DNA of 64,000 bases from contig JAPOXA010000037.1 in assembly GCA_026707325.1 (NCBI GenBank), forward strand, positions 264,822 through 328,821, written 5' to 3'. The stretch is from Acidobacteriota bacterium. GTDB taxonomy: Bacteria > Acidobacteriota > Thermoanaerobaculia > Multivoradales > Multivoraceae. The notes beneath the pieces were generated by a model. That model was not told where the DNA came from. It made no database searches and was given only the letters and a program-made list of their open reading frames with translations. The position numbers were made by a program, and so were the translations under genes. Shown here piece after piece: positions 46,900-57,787 of the stretch. Every line of letters starts with the position of its first letter. Positions within the stretch are counted from its first letter, which is position 1.

Positions 46900-47219
46900 G
46901 CCGACCCTTGGGCGCGGTCGCCGTCCTCCTCGGCCTGGCCTTCGGCGTCGTCTTCGCCTGCGGCGTCCTCCTCGCCCTCGCCGTCGTCGGCCGCGGGCTC
47001 GGAACCCTCGCTCTCCTCGTCGGCGGCCTCGGTCTCGGCCGGCACCTCTTCCGTGGCCGGCTCCGGCGGACGTATGGGCGGCAGGGGATCTCCCTTCAAC
47101 CCGCAGCCCAAGCTTCCGAGCAGGACGAGCAGGACGAGCAGGGCGAGCGAAGCGCAACGAGCGAACCGGACCCTTGCTCCCGGCCGAAGCAGTCGGCGCC
47201 CGCCGGATTCAGAGGACAT
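46896..47219 (-). CDS. small lipoprotein, LptM(YifL)-like, with acidic tail
   Basis: Lipobox LLGSLG-C followed by GLKGDPLPPI (compare LptM GCGLKGPLY). The position immediately upstream of dapF matches E. coli, and its stop overlaps the dapF ATG (ATGA). The C-terminal half is D/E/A/G-rich. The start is the ATG at 47219 or the GTG at 47234. Confidence 0.5.
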   Translation of the reverse strand: MSSESGGRRLLRPGARVRFARCASLALLVLLVLLGSLGCGLKGDPLPPIRPPEPATEEVPAETEAADEESEGSEPAADDGEGEEDAAGEDDAEGQAEEDGDRAQGSA

Positions 47220-48582
47220 AGCGACTGAGATCACGGTCCTTCACCACGTCGGCGAGCGCGCGGTTCACGTAGTCGGCGTCGACTTTCAGGGTCACGCCGT
47301 TCATGTCCGGCGCCTCGAAGGAGACCTCTTCCAGCAACCGCTCCATCAGGGTGGCCAGGCGGCGGGCGCCGATGTTCTCGGTCTGCGAGTTGACCTGCAC
47401 CGCGAGCCGGGCGACCTCCCGCACCGCGTCGTCGCCGAAGGAAAGGTCGAGGCCCTCCGCGCCGAGGAGCGCGCTGTACTGCGTGGTCAGGGCGCTGTCC
47501 GGCTCGGTCAGGATGCGAACGAATTCCTCCTCGCCCAGCGCTCCCAGTTCGACGCGGATGGGGAAACGGCCCTGGAGCTCCGGGATCAGGTCCGATGGCT
47601 TGGCCACGTGGAACGCGCCGGCGCCGATGAACAGCACATGGTCGGTCTTGACGGGCCCGTACTTGGTGGTCACCGTCGTCCCTTCGACGATCGGCAGGAG
47701 ATCGCGTTGAACGCCCTCGCGGGACACGTCGGGACCGTGACCGCCGTCGCGGCCGGCGACCTTGTCGATCTCGTCGAGGAAGACGATGCCGGCCTGCTCG
47801 ACGCGCAGGCGGGCTTCCTCGGCGATGTCCTGGCGGTCGATCAGCGCTTCGGCTTCCTGCCGCCTCAGGATCTCCCGCGCCTCGCTCACTTCGACCATCT
47901 GGCGCTTGCGTTTGCCGAACAGGCCGGGGAGCATCTCCTTCAGGTTGATGCCCACCGCCTCGACGCCCTGGGGCGTGAACATCTCGAACTGCTGGTGCGA
48001 AGCGTCGTCCACCTCGATCTCGACCATCCTGTGGTCGAGGCGGCCTTCCTCGAGCCACTGGCGGAAACGCTCGCGGGTCTCGGTGGGTGCCGCCTGGTCG
48101 GCGGGATCGCTGGACTCGCCCGTCGGTTGAGGCGCCTGGGGAACCAGGATCTGGAGCAGCCTCTCGTCGGCCCGGGAGGCGGCGTCGGCCTCGACCGCCG
48201 CCCGTTTCTCTTCTCCCACCATCGCCACGGCGAGCTCCATCAGATCGCGGACGATGGACTCGACGTCGCGGCCGACGTAGCCGACTTCGGTGAACTTGCT
48301 CGCCTCGATCTTGAGGAAAGGGGCGCGGGCGAGTTTGGCCAGCCGGCGCGCGATCTCCGTCTTGCCGACGCCGGTCGGCCCCATCATCAGGATGTTCTTG
48401 GGCGCGATGTCCTCGGCGGTCTCCGGGTCGAGCTGCTGGCGCCGCCAGCGATTGCGCATGGCGATGGCCACGGCGCGCTTGGCGTCCTTCTGGCCGACGA
48501 CGTGGCGGTCGAGCGCGGCGACGATCTCGCGCGGCGTGAGATCCTCGACGAAGGGAGCGTCCGGCGCGGGAGCAAGCGTCAT
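47209..48582 (-). CDS. hslU: ATP-dependent protease ATPase subunit HslU
   Basis: 457 aa with PREIVAALDRHVVGQ and Walker A GPTGVGKTEIARRLA. Confidence 0.97.
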   Translation of the reverse strand: MTLAPAPDAPFVEDLTPREIVAALDRHVVGQKDAKRAVAIAMRNRWRRQQLDPETAEDIAPKNILMMGPTGVGKTEIARRLAKLARAPFLKIEASKFTEVGYVGRDVESIVRDLMELAVAMVGEEKRAAVEADAASRADERLLQILVPQAPQPTGESSDPADQAAPTETRERFRQWLEEGRLDHRMVEIEVDDASHQQFEMFTPQGVEAVGINLKEMLPGLFGKRKRQMVEVSEAREILRRQEAEALIDRQDIAEEARLRVEQAGIVFLDEIDKVAGRDGGHGPDVSREGVQRDLLPIVEGTTVTTKYGPVKTDHVLFIGAGAFHVAKPSDLIPELQGRFPIRVELGALGEEEFVRILTEPDSALTTQYSALLGAEGLDLSFGDDAVREVARLAVQVNSQTENIGARRLATLMERLLEEVSFEAPDMNGVTLKVDADYVNRALADVVKDRDLSRYVL

Positions 48583-49127
48583 GCGCCGCCCCCGCCGGTT
48601 TCGAGGCGTTCGACGGTGATCTCGTCGTTCGTGTAGATGCAGAGATCCGCGGTGAGCCGCATCGCCTCGAGCGCGATCTGTTCCGCGTCGAGTTCGGTGT
48701 GCTCCAGCAGCGCGCGAGCCGCCGCCAGCGCGTAGTTCCCGCCCGAGCCAATCGCCAGCGGCATGTCACTGTCCGGTTCCAGCAGGTCGCCGTTGCCCAT
48801 CGCCAGAAAGCTCTTGCGGCCGTCGGTCACGATCATCTGGGCCTCGAGCCGCCGCAGGGCGCGATCCGTCCTCCAGTCCATCGCCAGTTCGACCACGGCG
48901 CGCTCGAAGTTCCCCTGGTACTCGTCGAGCTTCGCCTCGAACCGCGAGAAGAGGGCCAGAGCGTCCGCGCCGCCGCCCGCGAAACCGACGAGAACCCGCC
49001 CCTTGGCGGCGCGCTGGACCTTGCGGGCCCTGGCCTTGACCACCGTGTTCGCGGCGCCGTTGGTGACCTGGCCGTCACTGGCCATGCACGTCGTGCCGCC
49101 GCGGCGCACGAGCAGGATCGTCGTCAT
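48579..49127 (-). CDS. hslV: ATP-dependent protease subunit HslV
   Basis: MTTILLVRRGG (N-terminal Thr nucleophile); 182 aa. It overlaps hslU by 4 nt. Confidence 0.97.
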   Translation of the reverse strand: MTTILLVRRGGTTCMASDGQVTNGAANTVVKARARKVQRAAKGRVLVGFAGGGADALALFSRFEAKLDEYQGNFERAVVELAMDWRTDRALRRLEAQMIVTDGRKSFLAMGNGDLLEPDSDMPLAIGSGGNYALAAARALLEHTELDAEQIALEAMRLTADLCIYTNDEITVERLETGGGGA

Positions 49128-49177
49128 CGTTTACTGGGGCTCTCCGGGCTTCCCGTCGCGGGACGGTCGCAGCCCGT

Positions 49178-49996
49178 CTACGGATTCTCTCGCAGAATGT
49201 TGAGCAGGGACTCTTCGGGACTGGTCCAGCCGGGGCCGCCGATGAAACGGCCGATCTCCTCGCCGTTGCGGTAGACGATCGCGGTCGGGAGTTCCGTGAC
49301 CTCGAGACGGTCCACTTCGGCGTCGCCCCAGGGGTTGTCGTCGCCGAGGCCGTAGTAGGTGAAGCGCACGGGCGAGTCCTGGAGTTCCTCGTGCACCTTC
49401 AGGCCGCGCGGCATGAACCGCTCGCAGACGTGGCACCAGGACCCGAACACGACGCGGACCTCGACGCCGGCGCCGAGGGCGGCCACCTCGGCGACCGCCG
49501 CGGGATCGCTCTCGTAGGACCTGGCGTCGCGGCGATAGCCCGGTTCGTGGGAGTAGAGGTCCGCGAGCGTCGCTTCGCCGGCCCACGAGGGACGCTGCCG
49601 GAGCTGGGCCAGGACGCCGTCGACGGCGAACTCGAGTCCCTTCGGAATGGGCCGGAAGGGCATCGGAGGGCCGAACAGGGCGCCGGGCAACAGGTCGAGC
49701 GTGTCCTCGCCGGCGGGGGAGATCTTGAGCAGTTGCACCTTGCGGGTCATCTGGTTGCGGGCGCTCAGCAGCACCGGGGACGGCAGGCCGTCGGCCACGA
49801 CGAGGAAGGCGCCCGCAGTGCGGGAGAGGTAGAGCTGGGCGTCAGGCGCCTCCTGGCCCTGCAGGAAGAGCTGGTAGTCGCCGACGAGCTGGAAGCCGCG
49901 CAGGTCGTCCTGGGCGATGGCCGCGCCGGAGACCGTCAGGCACGCGACCATCGCAAGCAAGGACGGGATCGTTCGGCGGGCGGCAGGGAGTTTCAT
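49178..49996 (-). CDS. secreted thioredoxin-fold protein
   Basis: ATG at 49996 (signal MKLPAARRTIPSLLAMVACLTVSGAAIA/QD). It has a C-terminal thioredoxin-like segment with a CxxC motif (FGSWCHVCERF). The track ORF extends to 50254 over the xerC 3' end. Confidence 0.7.
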   Translation of the reverse strand: MKLPAARRTIPSLLAMVACLTVSGAAIAQDDLRGFQLVGDYQLFLQGQEAPDAQLYLSRTAGAFLVVADGLPSPVLLSARNQMTRKVQLLKISPAGEDTLDLLPGALFGPPMPFRPIPKGLEFAVDGVLAQLRQRPSWAGEATLADLYSHEPGYRRDARSYESDPAAVAEVAALGAGVEVRVVFGSWCHVCERFMPRGLKVHEELQDSPVRFTYYGLGDDNPWGDAEVDRLEVTELPTAIVYRNGEEIGRFIGGPGWTSPEESLLNILRENP

Positions 49997-50986
49997 TCGA
50001 GGTACCTCTTCTTGAACTGTCGGGAAGGACGTTGTCTTGGGGCGAATCGCGGACGAGCCGGGTGTTCCGGGACGGAACTCAGACGCCCTTCGCCCTGGGA
50101 TGGCTTTCCCGGTAGACCTGGAGCAGGCGACCGGTGTCCACGTGCGTGTAGCGCTGGGTGGTCGAGAGCGAGGCATGGCCGAGGAGTTCCTGGATCGAAC
50201 GCAGGTCGGCGCCCGATTCGAGCAGGTGGGTCGCGAAGCTATGGCGCAGGGCATGAGGATGAGCCCCGGCCGCCTGTGCAGTCTCCTCGACGTAGCGGTC
50301 GATGATGCGGCGCACCGATCGTGCCGAGAGTCGGCCTCCGTTGCGGTTCAGGAAGACCGGTTCCAGGTGCTGTTCCTCGTCGCTTCCCCGACGCCGGAAC
50401 ACGTCCTCCCAGGCCCCGAGCCACTGGCGGAGCGCCTTCTCCGCCGGCTCGCCGAAGGGGGTCATCCGTTCGCGGTCGCCCTTGCCGACCACGCGGAGCA
50501 CTCTGGCTCCGAGGTCGATGTCTCGCCAGTTCAGGGCGACCAGTTCGCCGACCCGGAGACCCGAGGCGTAGAGCAGTTCGAGCAGCGCGCGGTCCCGCAG
50601 GCCGAGCGGGCCTTCGCGACCGGCCGGAGCCTCGAGCAGGGCCTCGATCTCGCCCGGACGCAGGTGGCGCGGCAGGGTCTTTTCGACCTTTGGCGTGGGC
50701 ACCGACTCGGCCGGGTTCGACTGCATCCGGCCCATCAGACAGGCGTAGCGGAACAGGCCGCGCAGCGCCGAGAGATGGCGGCCCTGGGTGCGCCGGGCCA
50801 GTCGACGCTGGTTGAGAGAGGCCACGAAGGACCGGACCAGGAGTGGATCAATGTCATGGAGGTTCTGGTCGCTGCTGCCGCTGGCGGTTCGGAACTCGGC
50901 GAAGGCCGCGAGATCCCGGCCGTACGCGCGCACGGTGTGTTCGGAGCAATTCCGCTCCAGCTCCAGGTACTCCAGGAAGTCCGGGA

Positions 50987-52384
<1,398 letters not shown>

Positions 52385-52412
52385 TGGCGCATCATGGCAA
52401 GACCCTGCCGGC

Positions 52413-52440
52413 TTGACAAGGTTCGCCGCTCTACTATGGT
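52413..52440 (+). promoter_or_regulatory. sigma70-like promoter candidate for topA (TTGACA-N16-TATGGT), likely leaderless
   Basis: TTGACA at 52413-52418, TATGGT at 52435-52440 and the topA ATG at 52450, only 9 nt after the -10. No SD is present. Confidence 0.4.
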
Positions 52441-52449
52441 CCCGCGCGT

Positions 52450-55134
52450 ATGAGCAACTCCCTCGTCATCGTCGAGTCGCCGGCCAAGGCCCGGACGATC
52501 GAGCGCTACCTCGGGCCCGGCTACCGGGTGGAGTCGTCGATCGGACACATCAGGGACCTGCCCCGGACCGCCGCGGAGGTGCCGCAGAGGTACCGCGACC
52601 GCCCGTGGGCCCGCCTCGGCGTCGACATCGAAGGCGGATTCGATCCGCTCTACGTGATCCCGCGCGAGAAGAAGGAGCAGATCACCAAGCTCCGAAAGGC
52701 GTTGAGGAACGCGGACGAACTCGTGCTCGCAACGGATGAGGATCGCGAGGGGGAGGCGATCGCGTGGCATCTGAAGGAGGTGCTGCGGCCCAAGGTGCCG
52801 GTGCGCCGGATGGTCTTCCACGAGATCACCAGGTCGGCGGTCGAGGCGGCGCTCGGCCAGACCCGGGACATCGACCGCCGCCTGGTCGACGCCCAGGAGG
52901 CCCGGCGGGTGCTGGACCGGCTCTACGGCTACGAGGTTTCGCCGGTCCTGTGGAAGAAGGTCCAGCCGCGGCTGTCGGCTGGCCGCGTGCAGTCCGTGGC
53001 GACCCGGATCGTGGTGGAGCGGGAACGGGAACGGATGGCCTTCGTCCCGGCGGACTACTGGAGCGTCGAGGTGGAACTCGAGACGGAGGACGGGCAGGCT
53101 CGGCGCTTCCCCGCGCGGGTGTCGGCCGTCGGCGGCCGGACCGTGGCCAGCGGGAAGGACTTCGACCGGATGACGGGCAAGCTGAAGACGAAGGCCCACC
53201 TGCTGTTGCAGGCCGAGGCGGAGACTCTGGGCGAGGAGTTGCCCTCGACCCGCCCGGTGGTTGCGGAGGTCAAGGAGCAGCCGTTCACCCGCCGCCCCTA
53301 CGCGCCCTTCATCACCTCGACCCTCCAGCAGGAGGCCGCGCGCAAGCTCCGGTTCAGCGCCCAGCGGACGATGAGGGTTGCCCAGGGGCTGTACGAGAAC
53401 GGTTACATCACCTACATGCGCACGGACTCGACCGCCCTCTCCGGGCAGGCGGTCGCCGCCGCTCGGCGGCAGGTCGCCGATCTCTACGGCGCCGAATACC
53501 TGCCGGACAAGGCGCGGGTCTACGCCAGGAGAGCCAACGCTCAGGAAGCGCATGAAGCGATCCGGCCTGCCGGCACCAGCTTCCGCACGCCGAAGCAGTT
53601 GCGCGGAGCCCTCGACCGGGACTCGCTGCGCCTCTACGAACTGATCTGGAAGCGGACGCTGGCGTCCCAAATGAAGGACGCGAAGGGGACCAGCACCACG
53701 GTCAGGCTGGACACGTCGACGCCGGGGGCCGGCGAGGTCCGGCTGACCGCTTCCGGCCGGGTGCTGCTCTTCGCCGGGTTCCTGCGGGTCTACGTCGAGG
53801 GCCGCGACGATCCCCGGAGCCGGGCCGAGGACGAGGAGCGGTTCCTGCCAAAGCTCAGCCGGGGCGAGACGGTCGAAGTGGCGAGCGCCGAGCCGAACGG
53901 CCATACCACTCAGCCGCCGGCGCGCTACACGGAGGCCAGCCTGGTCCGCGAACTGGAGAAGCAGGGCGTGGGCCGGCCGTCGACGTACGCCGCCATCCTG
54001 CAGACGATCGTGGACCGGGGGTACGTCTGGAAGAAGGGGTCGGCCCTGGTGCCGACCTTCCTCGCCTTCGCCGTGACCCGGCTCCTGGAGCAGCACCTGG
54101 GGGATCTGGTCGACCTGGACTTCACGGCGCGAATGGAGAGCGATCTCGACGCCATCGCCGGCGGAGAGCGGGAGGCCAGGCCGTGGCTGCGCAACTTCTA
54201 CTTCGGCCGCGAGTCGGGGTCGGGAGGCGTGGGCCGCAAGGGCCTGCAGTCGCTGGTCGGCGAGGGGGTCGACGAGATCGACGCCCGCGCGGTCTGCTCG
54301 CTCCTGCTGGGCGAGGACGAAGAGGGCCGCGAAGTCGCCGTCCGGGTCGGCCGCTACGGTCCGTACGTCCAGGCCGGGGACGACGGGGAGCGGGTCTCGC
54401 TGGAGGACAAGCTGCCGCCGGACGAGATGACGGTGGAGAAGGCGCTTTCCCTCCTCGAGAGCGCGGCCGAAGGGAAGGGTCCGCTCGGCCACCACCCCGA
54501 GACGGGCGAACCCGTCTACGTGAAGAGCGGCCGCTACGGCGACTATGTCCAGTTGGGCGACCCTCCGCCGCCGGCGCGGGGCAGGAAGAGCGGGGTCAAA
54601 CCGAAGATGGCCAGCCTGTGGCCATCGATGGATCGGACGAGTCTCACCCTGGACGAAGCGCTCCTGCTCCTGTCCTTTCCGCGCGAACTCGGCCGCCATC
54701 CCGAGAGCGATGAGGTCGTCACGGTCCGGGACGGAAGGTACGGCGCCTACGTCCGTTGCGGCAAGGAGAGCCGCAGCCTGGAGAGCCAGGAGCAGATGGC
54801 GACGATCGGGTTCGACGAGGCCCTGGCGCTGCTGCGCCAACCGAAACGCCGCCGCGGTTCGTCGTCGGTGCTCAAGGAGCTGGGTGAACACCCGCAGAGC
54901 GGTCTCGCCCTTTCCATCAAGACGGGGCGCTTCGGTCCCTATGTAACGGATGGTCAGGTCAACGCCACGGTGCCCAAGGGCAAGGATCCGCAGGACATCG
55001 GCCTCGATGAGGCGGTCGATCTCCTGGCGGCGCGCGAGGCGAAGCTGGTGGCCCAGGGCAAGAACCCCAGGGCGCCCCGTCGCCGGCCGATGCGGAAGCG
55101 GCGGCCCGCGAAGAAGAAGACGACGCGGCGCTAG
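52450..55134 (+). CDS. topA: DNA topoisomerase I
   Basis: 894 aa with a TOPRIM N-terminus (SLVIVESPAKARTIERYLG), a catalytic Tyr region (GYITYMRTDS) and C-terminal repeats ending in a basic tail. Confidence 0.97.
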   Translation: MSNSLVIVESPAKARTIERYLGPGYRVESSIGHIRDLPRTAAEVPQRYRDRPWARLGVDIEGGFDPLYVIPREKKEQITKLRKALRNADELVLATDEDREGEAIAWHLKEVLRPKVPVRRMVFHEITRSAVEAALGQTRDIDRRLVDAQEARRVLDRLYGYEVSPVLWKKVQPRLSAGRVQSVATRIVVERERERMAFVPADYWSVEVELETEDGQARRFPARVSAVGGRTVASGKDFDRMTGKLKTKAHLLLQAEAETLGEELPSTRPVVAEVKEQPFTRRPYAPFITSTLQQEAARKLRFSAQRTMRVAQGLYENGYITYMRTDSTALSGQAVAAARRQVADLYGAEYLPDKARVYARRANAQEAHEAIRPAGTSFRTPKQLRGALDRDSLRLYELIWKRTLASQMKDAKGTSTTVRLDTSTPGAGEVRLTASGRVLLFAGFLRVYVEGRDDPRSRAEDEERFLPKLSRGETVEVASAEPNGHTTQPPARYTEASLVRELEKQGVGRPSTYAAILQTIVDRGYVWKKGSALVPTFLAFAVTRLLEQHLGDLVDLDFTARMESDLDAIAGGEREARPWLRNFYFGRESGSGGVGRKGLQSLVGEGVDEIDARAVCSLLLGEDEEGREVAVRVGRYGPYVQAGDDGERVSLEDKLPPDEMTVEKALSLLESAAEGKGPLGHHPETGEPVYVKSGRYGDYVQLGDPPPPARGRKSGVKPKMASLWPSMDRTSLTLDEALLLLSFPRELGRHPESDEVVTVRDGRYGAYVRCGKESRSLESQEQMATIGFDEALALLRQPKRRRGSSSVLKELGEHPQSGLALSIKTGRFGPYVTDGQVNATVPKGKDPQDIGLDEAVDLLAAREAKLVAQGKNPRAPRRRPMRKRRPAKKKTTRR

Positions 55135-55140
55135 GCGGCG

Positions 55141-56310
55141 CTAGCGGGCCGCCAGGGCGTAGTTGGCGCCCTTGTAGCGGCGCACGAGTCCGTCGACTTC
55201 CAGGCGGGCCAGGGTGGCAAGGACGCCGGGTACCGGTCGTTCGAGCCGGGATGCGAGTTCCTCCGGCGTTCGGGCGCCATCCTTCAGGGCGACCAGGAGG
55301 TCGTCGACTTCGGGTACGGCGCCGGCGGCGGGTCGAGTCGGCTCGGCCGTGTCTGTCGACGGGCTCTCGAGTTGGGCCAGGATCGGCGTGGGCAGGGTTT
55401 CGAGCATGGCGTCCGGGTCGAGGGCGGGAATCGCTCCGTCCCGCAGCAGCAGGTGGGCGCCGGCGGACTCCCGGGAGAGGACCGAACCCGGAACCGCGTA
55501 GACGTCGCGGCCGAGGTCGAGGGCCAGACGGGCGGTGATCAGGGAGCCCGAGCGCCGGGCGGCGCGGACCACGAGCGAAGCGAAACCGAGAGCGGCGATG
55601 AGGCGGTTTCGGATCGGAAAGTGGTGGGCACGGGGCTGCCAACCGAGAGGGAACTCGGTGATCAGGCAGCCGTGCCGTGCGATCTCGGCCGCGGTCCGGC
55701 GGCTGTTGCGGGGGTAGTCGACGTCGATGCCGCAGCCGAGCACGGCGGCGGTGCGGCCGGTGCCGGCGCGGGCCGCCAGCGCGCTGCGGTGGGCCGCCTG
55801 GTCGATGCCGCGGGCGAATCCGGAGATTACGATCAGGCCGGCCGCGGCCAGACGGCGTGCGAACCAGGCGGCCACTTCGAGGCCGTACGCGTCCGCCTTG
55901 CGCGAACCGACGATCGAGATGCCGGGCAAAGGAGTCAGGCGGCCGCGGACGTAGAGGACGGGAGGCGCCTGCAGTCCGAGGTCGGCGAGGGCCGGCGGGT
56001 AGTCGCGATCGAGCAGGGTGACGATCTCGATGCCGTTCTCGCTTGCCCGTGCCATCTCGGCGCCGGCGTCGTCGAGGCGGCCGCGCGCCGCGTGCAGGAT
56101 GGTCCGAACCCTGTCCGGTGGCGCTTCGAGGCTGCTGGCCGCCTCCTCGGCGAAACGGTCGCTGCGGAGTTCCCCGGCCGTGCGGAGCCGTTGGCCGAGC
56201 GCGCAGATGAGGCCGCGGTCGCCGTGGACCAGATTCAGTGAGACGAGTGCTCTTCGGACGTCGTCTCCGTCTTTGGGGGTGTTCCCGTTCGTGACCGGTT
56301 CTTCCGCCAT
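55141..56310 (-). CDS. dprA: DNA-processing protein DprA (Smf)
   Basis: Rossmann-like DprA core (IVGSRKADAYG...VISGFARGIDQAAHRSAL) and a C-terminal winged-helix domain. It converges on topA with only 6 nt between the stops. Confidence 0.9.
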   Translation of the reverse strand: MAEEPVTNGNTPKDGDDVRRALVSLNLVHGDRGLICALGQRLRTAGELRSDRFAEEAASSLEAPPDRVRTILHAARGRLDDAGAEMARASENGIEIVTLLDRDYPPALADLGLQAPPVLYVRGRLTPLPGISIVGSRKADAYGLEVAAWFARRLAAAGLIVISGFARGIDQAAHRSALAARAGTGRTAAVLGCGIDVDYPRNSRRTAAEIARHGCLITEFPLGWQPRAHHFPIRNRLIAALGFASLVVRAARRSGSLITARLALDLGRDVYAVPGSVLSRESAGAHLLLRDGAIPALDPDAMLETLPTPILAQLESPSTDTAEPTRPAAGAVPEVDDLLVALKDGARTPEELASRLERPVPGVLATLARLEVDGLVRRYKGANYALAAR

Positions 56311-56400
56311 CGCGCTGCCTTCCTCCCGGATCGCGCGGCTCTCCTGGAACGGCGCTCAGAGACAGAGACGGATTCCATGTCCGTGATCTATACTGGCTCG

Positions 56401-56889
56401 ATGACGCGGACTGCGTACCGCCGGCCGCGCGTTCTGGCGTTGATCGCGGGAGTGCTCGTTCTGGCGACGATCCCGGGCGTTGCCGAAGCGCAGAAGCGCA
56501 AGGTGGCCCCCGAGGCCAAGCAGCAGTGGCAGTTTGGCGTCGACATGGCCGACCGGGGCCTCTGGAGCGAGGCTCTCTTCCGGTTCGAGCAGGCTCGCCG
56601 GATCGAGCCGGAACATCCGGCGATCCTGAGCAACATCGCGGTCGCTCACGAGGCGCTGGGTCTGTTCGAGGAAGCCTTGGGCTACTACCGGCAGGCCCTG
56701 CGTCTGGCGCCCCGCGAGCGCGACGTTCGCCGGAACTACTCGCGCTTCGTCGAGTACTACCAGAACTTCAAGGGCGACCGGGACGACGAAGAGGAGGATG
56801 CGTCAGCCGCGGCGGACGAGGTCGGGCAGCCGACTTCACCGGAGAGCGGTGGAGGCGGCACGGGCGGATCGCTGGCCGGTGCGCGGTGA
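56401..56889 (+). CDS. secreted TPR-repeat protein
   Basis: The ATG at 56401 gives a proper signal peptide (MTRTAYRRPRVLALIAGVLVLATIPGVAEA/QK). It has TPR-like repeats (WSEALFRFEQARRIEPEHPAILSNIAVAHEALGLFEEALGYYRQALRLAP) and an acidic/Gly tail. The track start is at 56377. Confidence 0.7.
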   Translation: MTRTAYRRPRVLALIAGVLVLATIPGVAEAQKRKVAPEAKQQWQFGVDMADRGLWSEALFRFEQARRIEPEHPAILSNIAVAHEALGLFEEALGYYRQALRLAPRERDVRRNYSRFVEYYQNFKGDRDDEEEDASAAADEVGQPTSPESGGGGTGGSLAGAR

Positions 56890-56971
56890 CTCGCCTCCCG
56901 GCTTGCGTCGGTGGTCGGCTCGGAGGTCATGGAACGGTTCTTGCTTGCCCCGATGGTTGGAGGTGACCCGC

Positions 56972-57778
56972 GTGACGCAAGTTGCCAGTAGAGGATTAGC
57001 CGTCAGTAGAGGACCCGCGGCACAACGGCGTTCAGCCTGCCGCAGGCCAGCGGAAAGGTCCCGGGCGAGGCTGTCGGCGATCGTGGCGTCGGCCGGTCTG
57101 CTGGCCAGCTTGCTGGCGCCGCTGACCGCGACTCCGGCGAGTGCCCAAGGGACCGTGGAGGTGAGGCTGAAGCTGCCGATGCGGGCGCGGATCGACCTGA
57201 CCGGCCGGGACACGCTGCTGCCGGCGCCCTTCCTGGTCGTCAGCCAGGAGGGCGAAGGTCGGATCGAAGGATCGGACATCGACATCCAGGGGGAGTTCGA
57301 GCGCTACCTGAACAAGGTGCTCCGTCGCGAGACGGACCTGCGGATCGTCGAGGCGGGGCGGATCGACTACCCGACGTACGATCTGGAGATGCTGGCCAGG
57401 GACGAGGACTTCTGGCGCAATCTCGGCGAGACCACGCAATCGGACCTGATCCTGGCCGGTACGCTCGACTTCGACATCCAGGATCGGTCCGGCTACCGCA
57501 CCGAGGAGTACATCTCGCCCTTCAACGGCCGCACCATGTACCGGCAGGTGCTCGTCGAGCAGACAGGCTTCGAGTACGACATCGTCGTCATGGTGTTCGA
57601 CGGCTCGACCGGCGAACTGATCTACAACGACAACTTCAAGGACTTCAAGAGCTTCGAGGGCGAGCAGGCGGACCCGCTGCAGGGGATGTTCGAGAACCTG
57701 TACGCGCTGGAGGACCGTATTCTGGGCGTCTTCACCCAGAAGGACATTGAGGTCTCGCGCGTGATCTTCACGCCCTAA
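56972..57778 (+). CDS. hypothetical periplasmic protein
   Basis: The GTG at 56972 lies 6 nt after GGAGGTG. It has a signal-like segment SAIVASAGLLASLLAPLTATPASA/QG. No family was recognised. The track ORF starts at 56798, overlapping the TPR gene. Confidence 0.6.
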   Translation: MTQVASRGLAVSRGPAAQRRSACRRPAERSRARLSAIVASAGLLASLLAPLTATPASAQGTVEVRLKLPMRARIDLTGRDTLLPAPFLVVSQEGEGRIEGSDIDIQGEFERYLNKVLRRETDLRIVEAGRIDYPTYDLEMLARDEDFWRNLGETTQSDLILAGTLDFDIQDRSGYRTEEYISPFNGRTMYRQVLVEQTGFEYDIVVMVFDGSTGELIYNDNFKDFKSFEGEQADPLQGMFENLYALEDRILGVFTQKDIEVSRVIFTP

Positions 57779-57787
57779 GGAGGAGCA

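Noticed and set aside
46900-47100. Apparent repetitive DNA (GAG/GAC/GCC-rich, periodic) that might be a tandem repeat or CRISPR-like array.
   Set aside because: It is simple codon-level low complexity encoding the polyacidic tail of the LptM-like lipoprotein. There are no unit repeats of fixed length and no spacers. No CRISPR-like repeat-spacer structure was seen anywhere in the window.
55121-55146. Direct repeat GGCGCTAG / GGCGCTAG spanning the topA and dprA stop codons, considered as an inversion junction signature.
   Set aside because: The repeat is only 8 nt, is GC-rich, and is largely forced by two stop codons (TAG / CTA) in similar Arg/Ala codon contexts. There is no matching repeat at the other topA boundary (52385-52449).
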